Origin: Amoebophrya sp. A120
Taxonomy: Eukaryota > Protista > Dinoflagellata
NCBI GenBank assembly: GCA_905178155.1
Contig: CAJINV010000007.1
Span: 4,366,258-4,430,257 of the forward strand
Length of the DNA: 64,000 nucleotides
Direction of reading: 5' to 3'
Part shown: positions 1 through 12,417 of the stretch, piece after piece
Layout: each line of letters opens with the position of its first letter
Position numbering within the stretch: position 1 is the stretch's first letter
Translations under genes and position numbers: made by a program
The notes under the pieces: model-generated
What the model was told of the DNA's origin: nothing
Database searches by the model: none
Seen by the model: the letters and a program-made list of their open reading frames with translations, nothing else

Positions 1-1519
1 ACCCAAGACCACATATTTTGCTTTTGATTTTGGCTACACGAATGATCGATGACGATCGATCCGTTTTGTTTGACCTTAATCGAGGAAAAAAGAAACGAGC
101 ACTCTCTGGTGGTGCCCTATCTTATTATATCTTTGTGTGCTTCTTGATGCTCTGACGGCTAGCGATAGCGTTTCTATTTCAATTTTCTTTTTTTCGTCTA
201 AGTGGTCTCTAGTCTTACTGATCTTTTTTTCTTTCTTCCTTTCTTTCCATGCCCGGGCATGGCGTCAAATTTCAAGGCCCTAAAAGATCTACCGGAGTCT
301 CAATTTCTTCTCTCCCGTGTCTGGATCATAAATCATGATTTTGGTTCGCTCGAACGAACCAGGACAAGCACGGTGCGGTGAGATCTGATCATAATATTTT
401 TTCTACTATCTCCGGGATGCCAGACGCAAATTCAAATTTCGGCTTCCACTTCTGTCTTGTTCTCTCACGTTTCATCCAACTTTCAGTTTGCTGTGACTGA
501 ATTCATTCTACCATCAATAATGTCAAGCTCGCGCTAAGCATAAGCTTCTTTTGTGGCATGTACCTGGAGCCTTTAGCAGGATGATAGCGATCGATTTTCG
601 ACGAAAACCGACTACGCTTTATTCAATAACTCTTCAAGTTCAACACCATGGACGAGCCAAGGGGCCCATATATAAAACACTTCATACATGCCAAACAGGT
701 GTGACCACGATGGGGGGCTTCTTACTTTTCACCGAGGTAGATAGTGAGGAGCTTCTTTTTTATTTCTTCGTATTTTTTATTTCAATCCGTGGCCGTGGTC
801 TAGCGACATTTGCTTGGCACCGTAGATAATCGCATAGGTTCTTCTTGTTGTGTGCTTCGTAATTCGGGAATGTGTTCTTGATCCCTGATGAACGAACTCG
901 GCCGGTGCCTTCCCGCTGTGATCACAAAACAACAAAAAGAATAGTTACGATCACGATGTCTCAAAATAGACGCGCAGAGGTGGGAGCGCGTTCTTCTTCC
1001 TTATCCTTTACTTATTTATCAACGTTTATGAAAAATCATGAGCTACTACAACTACTACAATACCCTTTATACTACACGGCAAGGAGCAGGATGAATGCGA
1101 TTGAAGTATCCGGCAAGGAATGCAATTGACGTAGGTATGGCCCGACTTCTGCTAGTATGTGAAATCTTACTGGTAAGGAAAGTCCGAAAATTTTATTAGT
1201 AAGCTGCGTTACTAGTAATTTGGACCAATTTAATCCACACCTTGTTTTGTAATTGTTCTAAACAAACTTTAAACAAAAGCCAGAAGCGTCAAACTATTGA
1301 GATCTTCCAGATAGGACCCAGGACGGTTTTGATGTACGTTGGAAGTGAGCCTAGTATCGGCGCAAAGGCTCGTCCTCTACGCAGCGGTACGAAGATCTCT
1401 TTCGCTTGCGCTCGCTATGACATCCTTTCCCCGAAGAACAAAGCGAACAACTTCAGGACGTCTTTCTTCATTAGTTCTATACCTAAAATTACTTTTTACT
1501 GTTCACATTCCCTTCATCT

Positions 1520-1945
1520 TCAGCGCGGGTGCTGCTGCGTTGCTGTGTAAAACTCGACTCCGCTCGTTTTGTCCACGCGAAACCATGTGGCGCTTCCCAA
1601 CTTGTTGTGGACCATCCTCCAAGTTGGCGAGAGAGGACTATGATTGATCGCCACAACTTTATGAAGCCCGTCGACCTCCGTGTCAGACGAAATGGTTGCG
1701 ATTCTGAACCCAAACGCTTCGCCTGCTCGCTTGACACTGAAGAGATTATAGTAACCGGTGCCACCACCTGCGGCGTTGCCGAGCTCCTGCGGATTTTTTT
1801 TCGCGATTAGATCGAAAAGCACATCCCTATCGCCTTTTGCCTCGTTCGTCGTTCCCGTGTTGATTTTCAACGGGGGAAGTAGGTCGGCAATGTAGCGCCA
1901 CTCCATACTGGCAAGTCTCCCCAGGGTCTTCTCCTGCCGACACAC
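1520..1945 (-). pseudogene. Unidentified ORF fragment, possibly part of a decayed gene or element
   Basis: 141-aa ORF with protein-like composition; the continuation in the same frame is broken by stops; no recognisable motif. Confidence 0.25.
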
Positions 1946-4370
1946 ATCCTTTTTGCCCTGGTGTGTGAATGTGTGTTGTCATCTTTAAAGTAACATATTT
2001 TCATTTTGCGCTTCGTTAAACGAGTTCGATTCGAGCAACGCGGAAGAGAAGGCAACACAGCTTCGCTCTGGATTCTCGTGGCGATCTGAATCTGAAAGAA
2101 GCTGCTCGGCCCTAAGGGAAAGCACAGCGTCAAGAGCCCTACGTACGCGACCTCAACACATCACTCCACGACAGCAGTCCTGGCCGCCGAGTGCTACTGC
2201 TATCCAAATTGGTCCAGGAAGCAATGAGCTTTGCTGGCTGCGCCACGGGGTTCAGGCAGAGGCATCGGGCGTCTCAAAGTCTTGCCGGAGCTTTTATCTC
2301 CGCGTAGGAGATGCTAGGCCCAGATAAAACAATCACCCACGTAGAGGGGCATCGCAGGCTGATACACTACTAGACACCCAGATAGCCCACCTCGACCTCT
2401 CAACCACATTGCTGTAGTGCCGTCACACACCAGAGGTCGCCAGAAGCGTGCGCGGGCGGAGCGTGGGCCTGTTGGCCTTTTCGGTCCGTCCCTTTCGCTA
2501 GTCCGGCGCCGCGTTTTTTCATTTCTGCAGCAGCCACCCTTCCCGCTAAATGCCCTTAAAGAACTGGTGCAGAGACTTATTCTTTCGATGTCTTCACCAA
2601 GACACACTTGCTTTTGCAATGTGGAGAATCATCAAAAAAAACAAAATTGCAAGACGATCATGACGATGGCAGGTCTGCAAGGCAGATAATTATAGTAATT
2701 TGCCATACAACAGCTGTGAAACACAAATCCGCGCGGCGAATCTCGTCGTGCAGTGCAGATCTTTTCTACCACGGTCTTACGCGAATAAAATCAGTCGAGT
2801 GCTCGCTTGTCAAGGCGGGCGAGTCACTCTTATGCGCGCTATTTGGATTCCTGAGAGTAAGTACGTCGCACATCAATGTGTCTACTCAACAATTTAGCAA
2901 CGCCAGAGTCCCCCGCAATCTGCAGTGCCTGAGCTCGCCAGGCGCTGAACCAGAAATGAGCGCTGGAATCTCTACATGTTCAGGAAGTGCCTCTAACTCT
3001 GGCTCGCACGCACGGCGCACGCCGGGCATTGCCGACCGGGAGAACCGTCTCGCGCCCGGGTCGTTCGGGAGGAGAGCAAAAAGTCGTGGCACGGGTCGGG
3101 GTGAGCACATCCGGGCATGCGACGGATGTCTTTTATTTGCAATTCGTAGCTTTTTTCTTTTTTATTCTTTTATTTGCCGATGGCCCAGCAAAGCCAAGTC
3201 CCCTAAAGCTGCCCTGCGATCTGTCGCCACAGGCACGTCGACGCCACGAGTGGCTAAAACAAGCTCCCTCGCTTTTCAGGTACTGTGCAAGCGTAGGAAC
3301 AAAGAACGCATTTTTTCCCAGTCCTCAGCCAGTGCGTTTTTCACCTGCCGTATTTCCTCAAAAAAGGAAGCTCCCCGCAATTATAAAATACCGCGCATTC
3401 TAGTCAATATCAATTGAGACGACATGAAATCTTTGAAACGGGCTGTCTATCGCCATTCTCGCACAAGACTGCAATACATACGATGAACTTCTTGCACTCC
3501 AATGTTTTGTAAGTATGATGAGAATCTGACGTGGCCGCGTGTAAGTATAAATCGCGCTAGCGGTAGCGTATGGATGAAGAAAAACGCATGCCGTTACCTC
3601 GACTTCATGTGCAGGGCCGGAAATCTTCTGAAACTCTTCAACGTTCTCCTGATGCAGTGCGGTGACTTGTGTCTGTGTGCTTCTTGCATCACGGGCGCCG
3701 AAGCAGCCTGGTGGCTCAAAAATTTGCACCACCCGCGGCTTTGTAGCAGGTTCGGCCTGCTCAGTGCAGCTCCTGTGTTTGAGTGTCGGGCATTCTCCAT
3801 CGATTGCCCACTCGACCCCGCGTGTCATGTCCGGTCTAACCGCCCCGCCTAGGCCTTTATGGTTTTTCTTCAAAGTCGGGTGCGTGGGCGAGCTCCAGTC
3901 AATGGAAATGCCTTGGGCAGTCATCTCGTCGCGTGAGTATGATGCAATTTGTAAGCTGCCCGATCGTGTACGGTAGCACAAGCATCTAGCCGCTACGTCT
4001 TGTTCTGGTGCTCCGGGGCATCGTATTGAAAAATGCTGCCCCTGTGTTTCTTTGAGGATGTCGTACTGTCTCGATTTTTTTTTCATTCATGACTTCGCAG
4101 GGGGCCGCGTGCCATCTTCCATTCAGAAATAACAACAGCTAGGTTTTTCTTTTTCGATTTCGCTTTAACACACAGGAATCGCGCAGCGGGTCCAGCAAAG
4201 TGTTTGTGTGCAGCTTCCGTAAAGCAAATATGCGCGAGGGGGCATATCGCTGAAAAGCCCACAATATCATGCCCTTCCTTGCGTCGATTCACTAGGCAAA
4301 TCTGGATCATCCCATGCATAGCAGTGCTGCATGCATCTGAAAATCGAAATCACACAGGGCAGCGTTTTAA

Positions 4371-5426
4371 TCAATTCAATATGTGTTTGCTGTTTGCGTG
4401 TTTGCTATGAAATAGACTGTCGACGCGGTCGCTGCCATTTTCTTGTTCATGTGATATGGCGCTCGGATTTTGTTCCACAATTAGCACTTGGCTGAGAGTG
4501 ATGGGAGGTTGTGAGGACTGATCTGAACGCTGCGCACTGCTGTCCGAGTCAGATCCATCTTCATCCCTAAGGCTTGTCGCCGCCTTCCTTGTGTCAGCCT
4601 GTTCCTGTGCTCTATCCTCATGAACTTGTTGCTTCAGTTGAGCATTGGCTTTGGAAGCTCGCAAGAGCAACACTCTCGCCAGCTTTTTTGCTTGGTCCTG
4701 AGTCTCGTGGCGACCATAGAGCATTTTCAAGTCCTGAAGCTCCTTCAGCTCAACGACATGGACGTGATCACTCTCGGTCTCGGAGCCCGCGCCATTGTCT
4801 TTATGCTTGTTGGTCACTGTCGTCGCAAGACCATCTTGTGCAAGATGTATCGCAGGTGGCTTGGTCTTCAAGTAGTTATTCAGCCACTCATCACCATTTG
4901 CCAGAATATGCTGTTTGGCGTCCATGTCCTGAGAAAGAACACGCATCACAGGATTAATGTCTCCGCGCTTTATTGGATTTTTTTCATTTTGGCGGGCGAA
5001 GTTCTCTGCCGGACCTTCCAACACCAACCAACGCAGGGCGTCCATATCTGGTATATCCGCAGTCCCTACTACGCCGTTGTAGTTACGAGAAGTCATTCTC
5101 ATACTCGTCTGTTCCCATGTGTTCCCAATATTCGCCATCATCTCCCTATCGCGACTGAGGCGGAATTGCGAAAAATCGCCATACTCTTGGCTCTTCTGCT
5201 CTGCGGCCTGAACTGCTTCTTCAGCTTTTGTTTCTTCAGCTGTCGATGTAGGTGTCTTTAGCCTAGCAGCAGCCTCGGCAGCCTCGGCAACTTGCCGGTA
5301 TTCAGGCAACCATTTTTCGATGAAATATTCAATGACATCACGTGCTGCGCTATGCCAGAAGAGAAAGCCGCGGAATCTGATACTGACCTCGACCTGCAGC
5401 TGCATCAATGCCGTCGCAAGGCTCAT
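4371..5426 (-). CDS. Hypothetical protein (351 aa, helical and charged)
   Basis: Longest ORF in the first 12 kb, ATG start, same strand as all other genes; no family recognised. Confidence 0.45.
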   Translation of the reverse strand: MSLATALMQLQVEVSIRFRGFLFWHSAARDVIEYFIEKWLPEYRQVAEAAEAAARLKTPTSTAEETKAEEAVQAAEQKSQEYGDFSQFRLSRDREMMANIGNTWEQTSMRMTSRNYNGVVGTADIPDMDALRWLVLEGPAENFARQNEKNPIKRGDINPVMRVLSQDMDAKQHILANGDEWLNNYLKTKPPAIHLAQDGLATTVTNKHKDNGAGSETESDHVHVVELKELQDLKMLYGRHETQDQAKKLARVLLLRASKANAQLKQQVHEDRAQEQADTRKAATSLRDEDGSDSDSSAQRSDQSSQPPITLSQVLIVEQNPSAISHEQENGSDRVDSLFHSKHANSKHILN

Positions 5427-6219
5427 AACGAGAGTGAGAAACTACATCAAGTAGGGCTTTCTTATTCTTACAATTAGGAAATAGCGTCATTCTAAAACAG
5501 CTTCAGGAATACACATAAGTACAGCTGCTAGAGCTGGAGCTTTGAACTAATGTATAGCTATTTTTTGCCACCACTTCGAGCACAACGCTTCGCTCTGCAC
5601 AGCAGTGGATGAGGAAGGGGCGACCAAAAAGGCCGAAATAGAAAAGCCGAGTGCAATGGTCAGGGCGGCCAAATAAAACGCTCTGACCTGAGCCCGAGTT
5701 GATTATTTGTCCTCGGTGGCCAGACGCTGACACAGCAGATGGCTCCGGACGAAGGGGCATCAGCTTAAGGCCACCGAAAGAGAAAGCGTAGACGGAGCAG
5801 ATGAGCCCTTCGGCTGCTTTTGAAGATTGACCTTCAACATCGAAGCTGTTAATTTAGCTCTGCGAGCGTGGTTTAGAGCTTTCAGAAATTAGTTCCCAGA
5901 GCAGTTCCTAAAAGCTTCGGCTTTCAAAAATTTTGAAGCAGGTGCGTAGGATCTGCGTTTTGACCGATAGTCCCGGTCTGACTACACGTCCTACGCACGC
6001 GACTTACAGAAATCAGCTCCCAGGATTTCCTGGTAGGCGTAGTTTTTAAATACGTCGATAGCGCAGTAAAAACAAGCAGCCTCGAACTCAACGTCCGGAG
6101 CTTCTATTGAGCGAACGGCACGACTGCCAACAATCTCAATCTTTGCCTACGCCATGCAGCTGCTGTACGCACTTCAAATACCTCTCGTTAATGCAATTGC
6201 AAATCGAAGATAAAGAGGA

Positions 6220-6783
6220 CTACACGACGGAAGGTCTTTTGGCATAACGAACGTAGAGTCTTACGAAGTCGCCCACGTGCTCCGCGCCTCCGATCTTATC
6301 CTCCACATTCTTCTTTGTCTCACGTATCGCGAGAGCTTGCCAGCTGGCTGGCTTATCGGCGTCGGTGAGAGCCTCGGCCCAAACGAAACCGTCCCCGTAG
6401 ACCTTATTAAAGGCTCTAGCAACCGACGGAAAGACCAATGCACGCGTGCGCAGCATTTCGTCTTCGGGTATACCCCTGTTGATATACTCCTCTCCGGTCT
6501 TAAGCGATGCCCACTTCTGAGGCAAGGAGGTCACAGTAGATAAAAACACATCGAGGCGGTTTCTGACGTCGTGAACATCATGACCACGCGCGCCGTCCAC
6601 GCCGAGTATTGTAGATACTTCTTCTTGATGCGGTTGCGGCTGCCGCCCATCAAGTTGGCTTCCGCCTTTTGCTGTTGTTGTTGACAAGCCCACGGCATCA
6701 TTCCCACTGCTCGGTTTTGCCTGCGCCGTCCTTGACCTCTTTTTGGGTCTTGGCCGTATTCTCAGAAAATGCGCGACCGTCAC
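6220..6783 (-). CDS. Hypothetical ORF or exon (187 aa)
   Basis: Protein-like composition, non-ATG start, no recognisable domain. Confidence 0.3.
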   Translation of the reverse strand: MTVAHFLRIRPRPKKRSRTAQAKPSSGNDAVGLSTTTAKGGSQLDGRQPQPHQEEVSTILGVDGARGHDVHDVRNRLDVFLSTVTSLPQKWASLKTGEEYINRGIPEDEMLRTRALVFPSVARAFNKVYGDGFVWAEALTDADKPASWQALAIRETKKNVEDKIGGAEHVGDFVRLYVRYAKRPSVV

Positions 6784-9700
6784 CGCTGCGCTTACTTTAC
6801 AAGTGTATTAAGTGAGTATTTCCAATATAAAACTGCTTTTAAAACAAACTTACTTTCTCGACAGAGCGAACGAAGCTGCTTCACATGCAACAAGTTGCAA
6901 ACTAGCAGCAGCATGCATGTCGCGGCGTGGCGAGGATAGACAAAGGCAGCCAACATTGATCAGCAAAACGTAAGAGAGGCAGGTTCCCAACACACTCGCA
7001 AACGATTGCGCTTGATCTTTGTGGCCGCGAGCATGCATCTTTCTGATGAATGTAGAAAATGTCGCATTCTTTTTTGGCGAAAATTAAGCACAAACATGCC
7101 AAAACGATGGCAGTGACAAATTTAACTTTTCTCTGGATAAGTTGCATGATTCCACTCTTGACGTCTGCGTTGGCGTTGCTAGTCTCTTGTTTGACTTGAG
7201 CATGCTGCGGCGCCTCGTTCTGGTCCTGCATCTGCTCCTAGCATCCACATGAAATTCGAGATCAAGCAGTACGTTTTCCTGCTACTGGCTGCCCTTGCCA
7301 ATCTATGCCATGTAAAGATCTGACAATCGTCATAAGAGGGCATGGGTGCTGAGGCTCCAGTGCAGGGACGATGACGAGACTCCAATGCAACAACGAAAAA
7401 CCATGAAGGCCGACAAGAGCAGGGATAAAATTAGTATCCGCGATCCACCAGCGAAGCCGAACCTCTTCTGTGTATGATAACAAGAACTCAACTACTCAAT
7501 GTCGCGTCTATATGGCAGCACATGCCGTCATGACCAGCCCACATATTCAGCTCAACAGCGGAAGCGACTTGATCCACGAAGCAAACATTCACTGGATAGG
7601 CGTGGGCCTCCACCTTGTAGGCTCTTTTCTTGCTCAGCAATCTTCTCCCGCATCGACTCCGACATCTGGATCATGTTTATGCAGACAAACAGATTTGCTT
7701 TTCACCTGGTCACCTCCATGTGTTCAGCCTCATCGCATTTGAAGATGACATGCTTGACTTTGCAATTCATTACATTGATGTTGCGCCATTTATTGACTTC
7801 ACAGGCTTCGCCTGACTCCAACTTCCTACTGCAATTTATGTTCGCAGTATGATTTTCTAATACATAATTTTCACACAGCTTTCGAATACATGCAGATTGA
7901 ACACATGCACGCTCTGGAATAGATCAATTCAAGAATGTTGGTGCATACATCAATACAAATACACACAAAATAGTATCAACGACAACGAAGCATGACAAAT
8001 CTAAAAAAGTCAGGAATTCGGGCAACGACAACTTTGGAAAAACAACTCGACCCCAAAGCTTCATATTGGTAATTTTTGCGCGCTCGAGATCATCACTTCG
8101 CAATTTTGAGTCAGTTGCATAGTCTGGATCCGCCTGCGGGAGACGGGGCAGCTGCAAGTCCACTCTCTCAGGCTTAGCTGTTCTAGCGGCCTGTTCTACG
8201 ACGTATGGGCAGCGAGCTGCAGGTGCAGACACTGAGGCATTGCGGTGCTTTTACTGCAATTTAAAACTACATCATACGAAAAAAGAAAACTCGATGCAGA
8301 AATCGAATCAACTCAAAATTTCGCTTGGATAAAACTCGTAGTAATCATTGTCAGTCTCCTCCGTGTACTCGTCGTAGTAGGCGCGCTGCGTTTATCCAAC
8401 GAAAAAGTGCCCATGTCCATTGTCACGAGTACGTAATCGATCACGATCCTGGGCGCGCTAAATGCCAACACCGATAGGGCGCGTTGCTGCACATACACAG
8501 AGGGTTATCCTATGCGAAAAGCACAACCAAAATTCAGCAGGCAACTGTATCGTCCTGCTCATCATCCGTGCCAAGCAGGTGGGGGGGGGGGGCAGAATTT
8601 TCTGCGGCTCTAACGTAAAAAAGTAATGCATGAATATCGGAGCAAAAACTTTTTCGCTTGATAGCTTCTTCCGCTTCTTCTTGCCGGACTTCCGTTTTAA
8701 TATGGGGAAGAACAAGAAAACTCATGATCCTCGACATCTCTTCATACATCAACTGTGTCCACGTTTGCAGCAAGCTGCCCACTAAAGTACAAAGTTGTAG
8801 GCACAGACAAATTTATGCGACCGCCGGAACGCAACTCTATGCACTACATGTTGAGCCTTTAATCCTACTCCTGGCGGCCAATGTGCAGCCGCAGTTTTTC
8901 TTGCGGAGTTACCGCTGTGTGTGCTTCTTTGCACAACATGAGCCCAGCCCTGCTTATGAGACGCGTCCCTTCTCTCTGGTGAGTGAGGAGGATTTTTCTT
9001 TTTTTCTTCTTTGATATGCTTCTTGCTTCCCGACTTTCGCTGTTCCTTCGCCCCTGCCGCAGCACTTGGAGTTGGAACTTCCAGGTCCGCTGCAATGCTC
9101 GGCCGGTCCGACGACTTTCCCTCTGCGCTCTCGTTCGCGGTACCGGATTCGACTTGCGACCCGGCCTGATGCGTTTGTCGTCCTTGAGTGGGAAGGAGAA
9201 ATCCGAACTCGATGGTAAGAAGAGAAAAAACGGCGAATGAAGACTTCCGCAGAGTCCGCCCCGCAGGGAAGAAAAGGTCGACGTTGTACATGAACATGTT
9301 GATGCGCTTTTTGTCCATGCGGAGAGATGAAGCCAGAGGTCGTTGCTTGTGAAATCGCAACTACAACAAGTCTAACCTACTACGAGCACGACTAGTTGCT
9401 CGCTTTCGACCCAGCAGCTGCTTCCTTCAGGGCGCCACGAATTGGACTCGATTTTGTTCTTTCCAGCGAATGTACACCTCGGTCCGCCTGATTTTTTTTT
9501 TCGATGCCTCCGATTGTCAATGTTCTTGTGGTCGTGTATGCTGCAGCACGAGATTGATTTTTGTAGGATTCTTAGTTCGCGGCTGAGCTGTTTCTTGAAT
9601 GATGAGTCTGCTCGTGGCGTAGTTTCCCAGCTGCAGCTGCTTCCTCAGGTTTATTCTCCTCGATTCTTGAGACGTGCTTCCGTCCTCCTTGCACGACCTA

Positions 9701-11770
9701 GTTTCAATTTAATTGCAATGTAATAAAAATAAAAGGAAAAACCTTAACTCAGTTCTCTTGGATGTGCCACAGCGAGCACGAACTGAGATCGTGAATTCTG
9801 GACAACAAATGAAATCTAGGTGTACTCATGGAATGAATATGAAAACAAAGCGACGAAGCAAAATAATGCAGTTTCTGAGTTGTAATTGTAAATCACAATT
9901 TCAATTAGAAAACCTACCAGAAGTTGCTTTCTGTCGACCCGCCTGCTTCTTCAATTGAACGCGATTGTTAATTTTGTGCAGCTATCTGGCGGTCGTATAC
10001 TACGCGGCTTCACCCCTTGTGAATGTGGTCGTGCAGGCACAAGAGTGGTTTTGATATTTGCGAGTCTTTGGGTGGGTGCTAAATCTGAATGTTAGTGACG
10101 GCTCGGTTCTTGGCGCTTACCAGCCTCCTCACCTTTTTCCTCGCTCCTTGATTTTGGGGTAGGTGCTTTCCTTCTCGTTGCACCTCTTTATTTGAACAAA
10201 TTTTCGTATGAATTATTGAAGTTTTAAATTTTTTATGCTCTGGGGGAGCAATCTGGAGTCGTAAATTTGGGTCAAAGATATATACAGAATGAGAAATTGC
10301 AAGGGATGAATATGATATACTGCGAAATGAAAAAAAAAATGTTGATGGTGGGAATGCAAAGACTTAGAAAGACCGAGATAAGTTGTAAATTTAAATGTAA
10401 TGTTCAACAAGAAAAGCTAAATAAAGAGAAATGCGGCAATGCTTAACGATAAAGAAAAGGGTAATGCTTAAGTTTAAATGTAAAACAAGTCAAAAAGGGG
10501 TAGTACTCTTGTGTGAAATTGAAAACGAAATAGGCTTTTTTTTTTATTTTTTTTTGAATTGATGCAGCTGAGGGCTGCTTGGTAGAGATAGGAAAGTAAA
10601 AGTAGGCGGGGGAGAAATTTTGAAAATGAATTGTGTTGCCGAAAAGCTCCGACTCGATCGATTGTTGTAATTTTTTTTTCGCCTTAAGTGTGAGAGAGTT
10701 GAGTTTGTGAATTCGAAATTAATTGTTGTAAGGGAAACAAGAAGTAGAATAGCACAAGGCTATTATCCGCTAAGACTGACGGTAGATCAAAATACTTCAA
10801 ACTCGACGAGTTGCGTAACAAAAACAACACATACACAAACTCCTTCGATAACAGAAACTACTACAGCGGACGGGTCCTCGTAGCTAGAATTGTACGTGAA
10901 GGGAGCGTGAGTGGCGATCGATGTCACACAGGTCGGCGGGGGAGAAATACTTGACATAATATCAGCCTGCATTGTCGATTTTCGATGAAAGAAACGATAA
11001 CGCGTCGCGATGTTTCGGTCGTGATATGTGTTAGAAAAGGGGCAGCAGTAGGTCGTTTGTTCGTTGAAGGCGCACGATGGCTGGTGAACGTTTTTACGGG
11101 AAGAATGCGTACGAATTAATACGATACCGACATGAAGCCGCAAACATCCGCTTTTGCACGACGAGCGAAAAAATAAAATCAAACCGACCACACAGCTGAA
11201 AGACTCTTCACTGCGAAAAAGACACATCTAAAAGACCGAACGAAAACAGACCACCAGGCACCGACCAGGATTTAGCTCCTGCGGCTGCTATCAGGCCACG
11301 ATTACGCAAAAGACTTGTGTAAGACCAGCAGTCCACTTCATCTGGATCACGAGTCTTTCATCTTGCAACGAAGAGAGCCGATTTTACGACCGAGTCAATC
11401 TTTCACCAAAAAACCGACGGAAAGAGTCCCCGCTTGGGGGCTGAAGTTGGCTACTGAATATACTTAAATAACTATTAGCAGTAAAGCACCAATGCAACAC
11501 ACGCTGAGGCATCAAGTGAAGAGGTCCGAAGAAACCGAGGCTGACTTTCTCCGTAAGTTCGTTCAGACACATTTTCTTTGTCCGAGTCGTCTCTCTTCGT
11601 AGACTTGTCAAAGCACTGCACCTCCCCGTCACGAATAGGGAAATGAAAAGCAGCACTCACACTACAACTTCTTCATGACAACTGTCAATCAACACACGAG
11701 GCTCCTGATGCACACAGTTTCTGAATTCGACTGAGCAGAGTTTCTTTCACCTCCTGCTACTTTGGAGGGT

Positions 11771-11826
11771 TCAACTGATGTCTCGGCACATCAACCGATT
11801 CCTCGGCACATCAACTGATGCCTCGG
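11771..11826. repeat. Tandem repeat, 20-bp unit, ~2.8 copies
   Basis: tcaactgatgtctcggcaca / tcaaccgattcctcggcaca / tcaactgatgcctcgg. Confidence 0.85.
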
Positions 11827-12417
11827 ATTTTCCACCAGCGCCAGCAGTTCGCACCAGTCGGTCCAGTCATCTGTCGAGCGGACGCGTTCGCAAAAAGGCC
11901 TGCAAGAAAAATTGCCGCCTTTACTACCGCAGCCCGGTAGTAATCGAAAATCCGCAACTGACGGTCGTGAGGGAAGCGGATACAGTCCCTTGCTGCGCTT
12001 CCCCTCGTCCGTGTTATCGCAGTATCCGTGTTTTGTCGTTGAAGTGCCACTCGCTCGGCGCTTTCTCCTCGACGTGCCCGATATTCATGTACTCGGGAAG
12101 CTTTTTGAAGCCGAAAGACCGTATCACACAGAAAAGTAGGCCTTCCTTGTCGTGCGTCTAGCTACTTATTGAAATGCTTCGAGACAGGTACAACGAGAAC
12201 GCGCACGCATACTGACTCTCATGATCCTAGACCGACCTGTAGCTGCCGCAACCGAAGAGTGCAAAAGCAATTGGCTTTTCTCCCCGCTCGTCTGTCGGTC
12301 GTCCAGCTCAGGCACGAGCGGGTGCTAGAAGAACAAACAGAAAGTGAAAGACATGCTGAATGATGTTATTTCGGATCTTTCAATGCAAATATCGTATCTT
12401 TTGCAAAGAAGCCAGCA

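Noticed and set aside
10213-10790. AT-rich stretch as a possible LTR or promoter
   Set aside because: I found no second copy, primer-binding site or definable motif.
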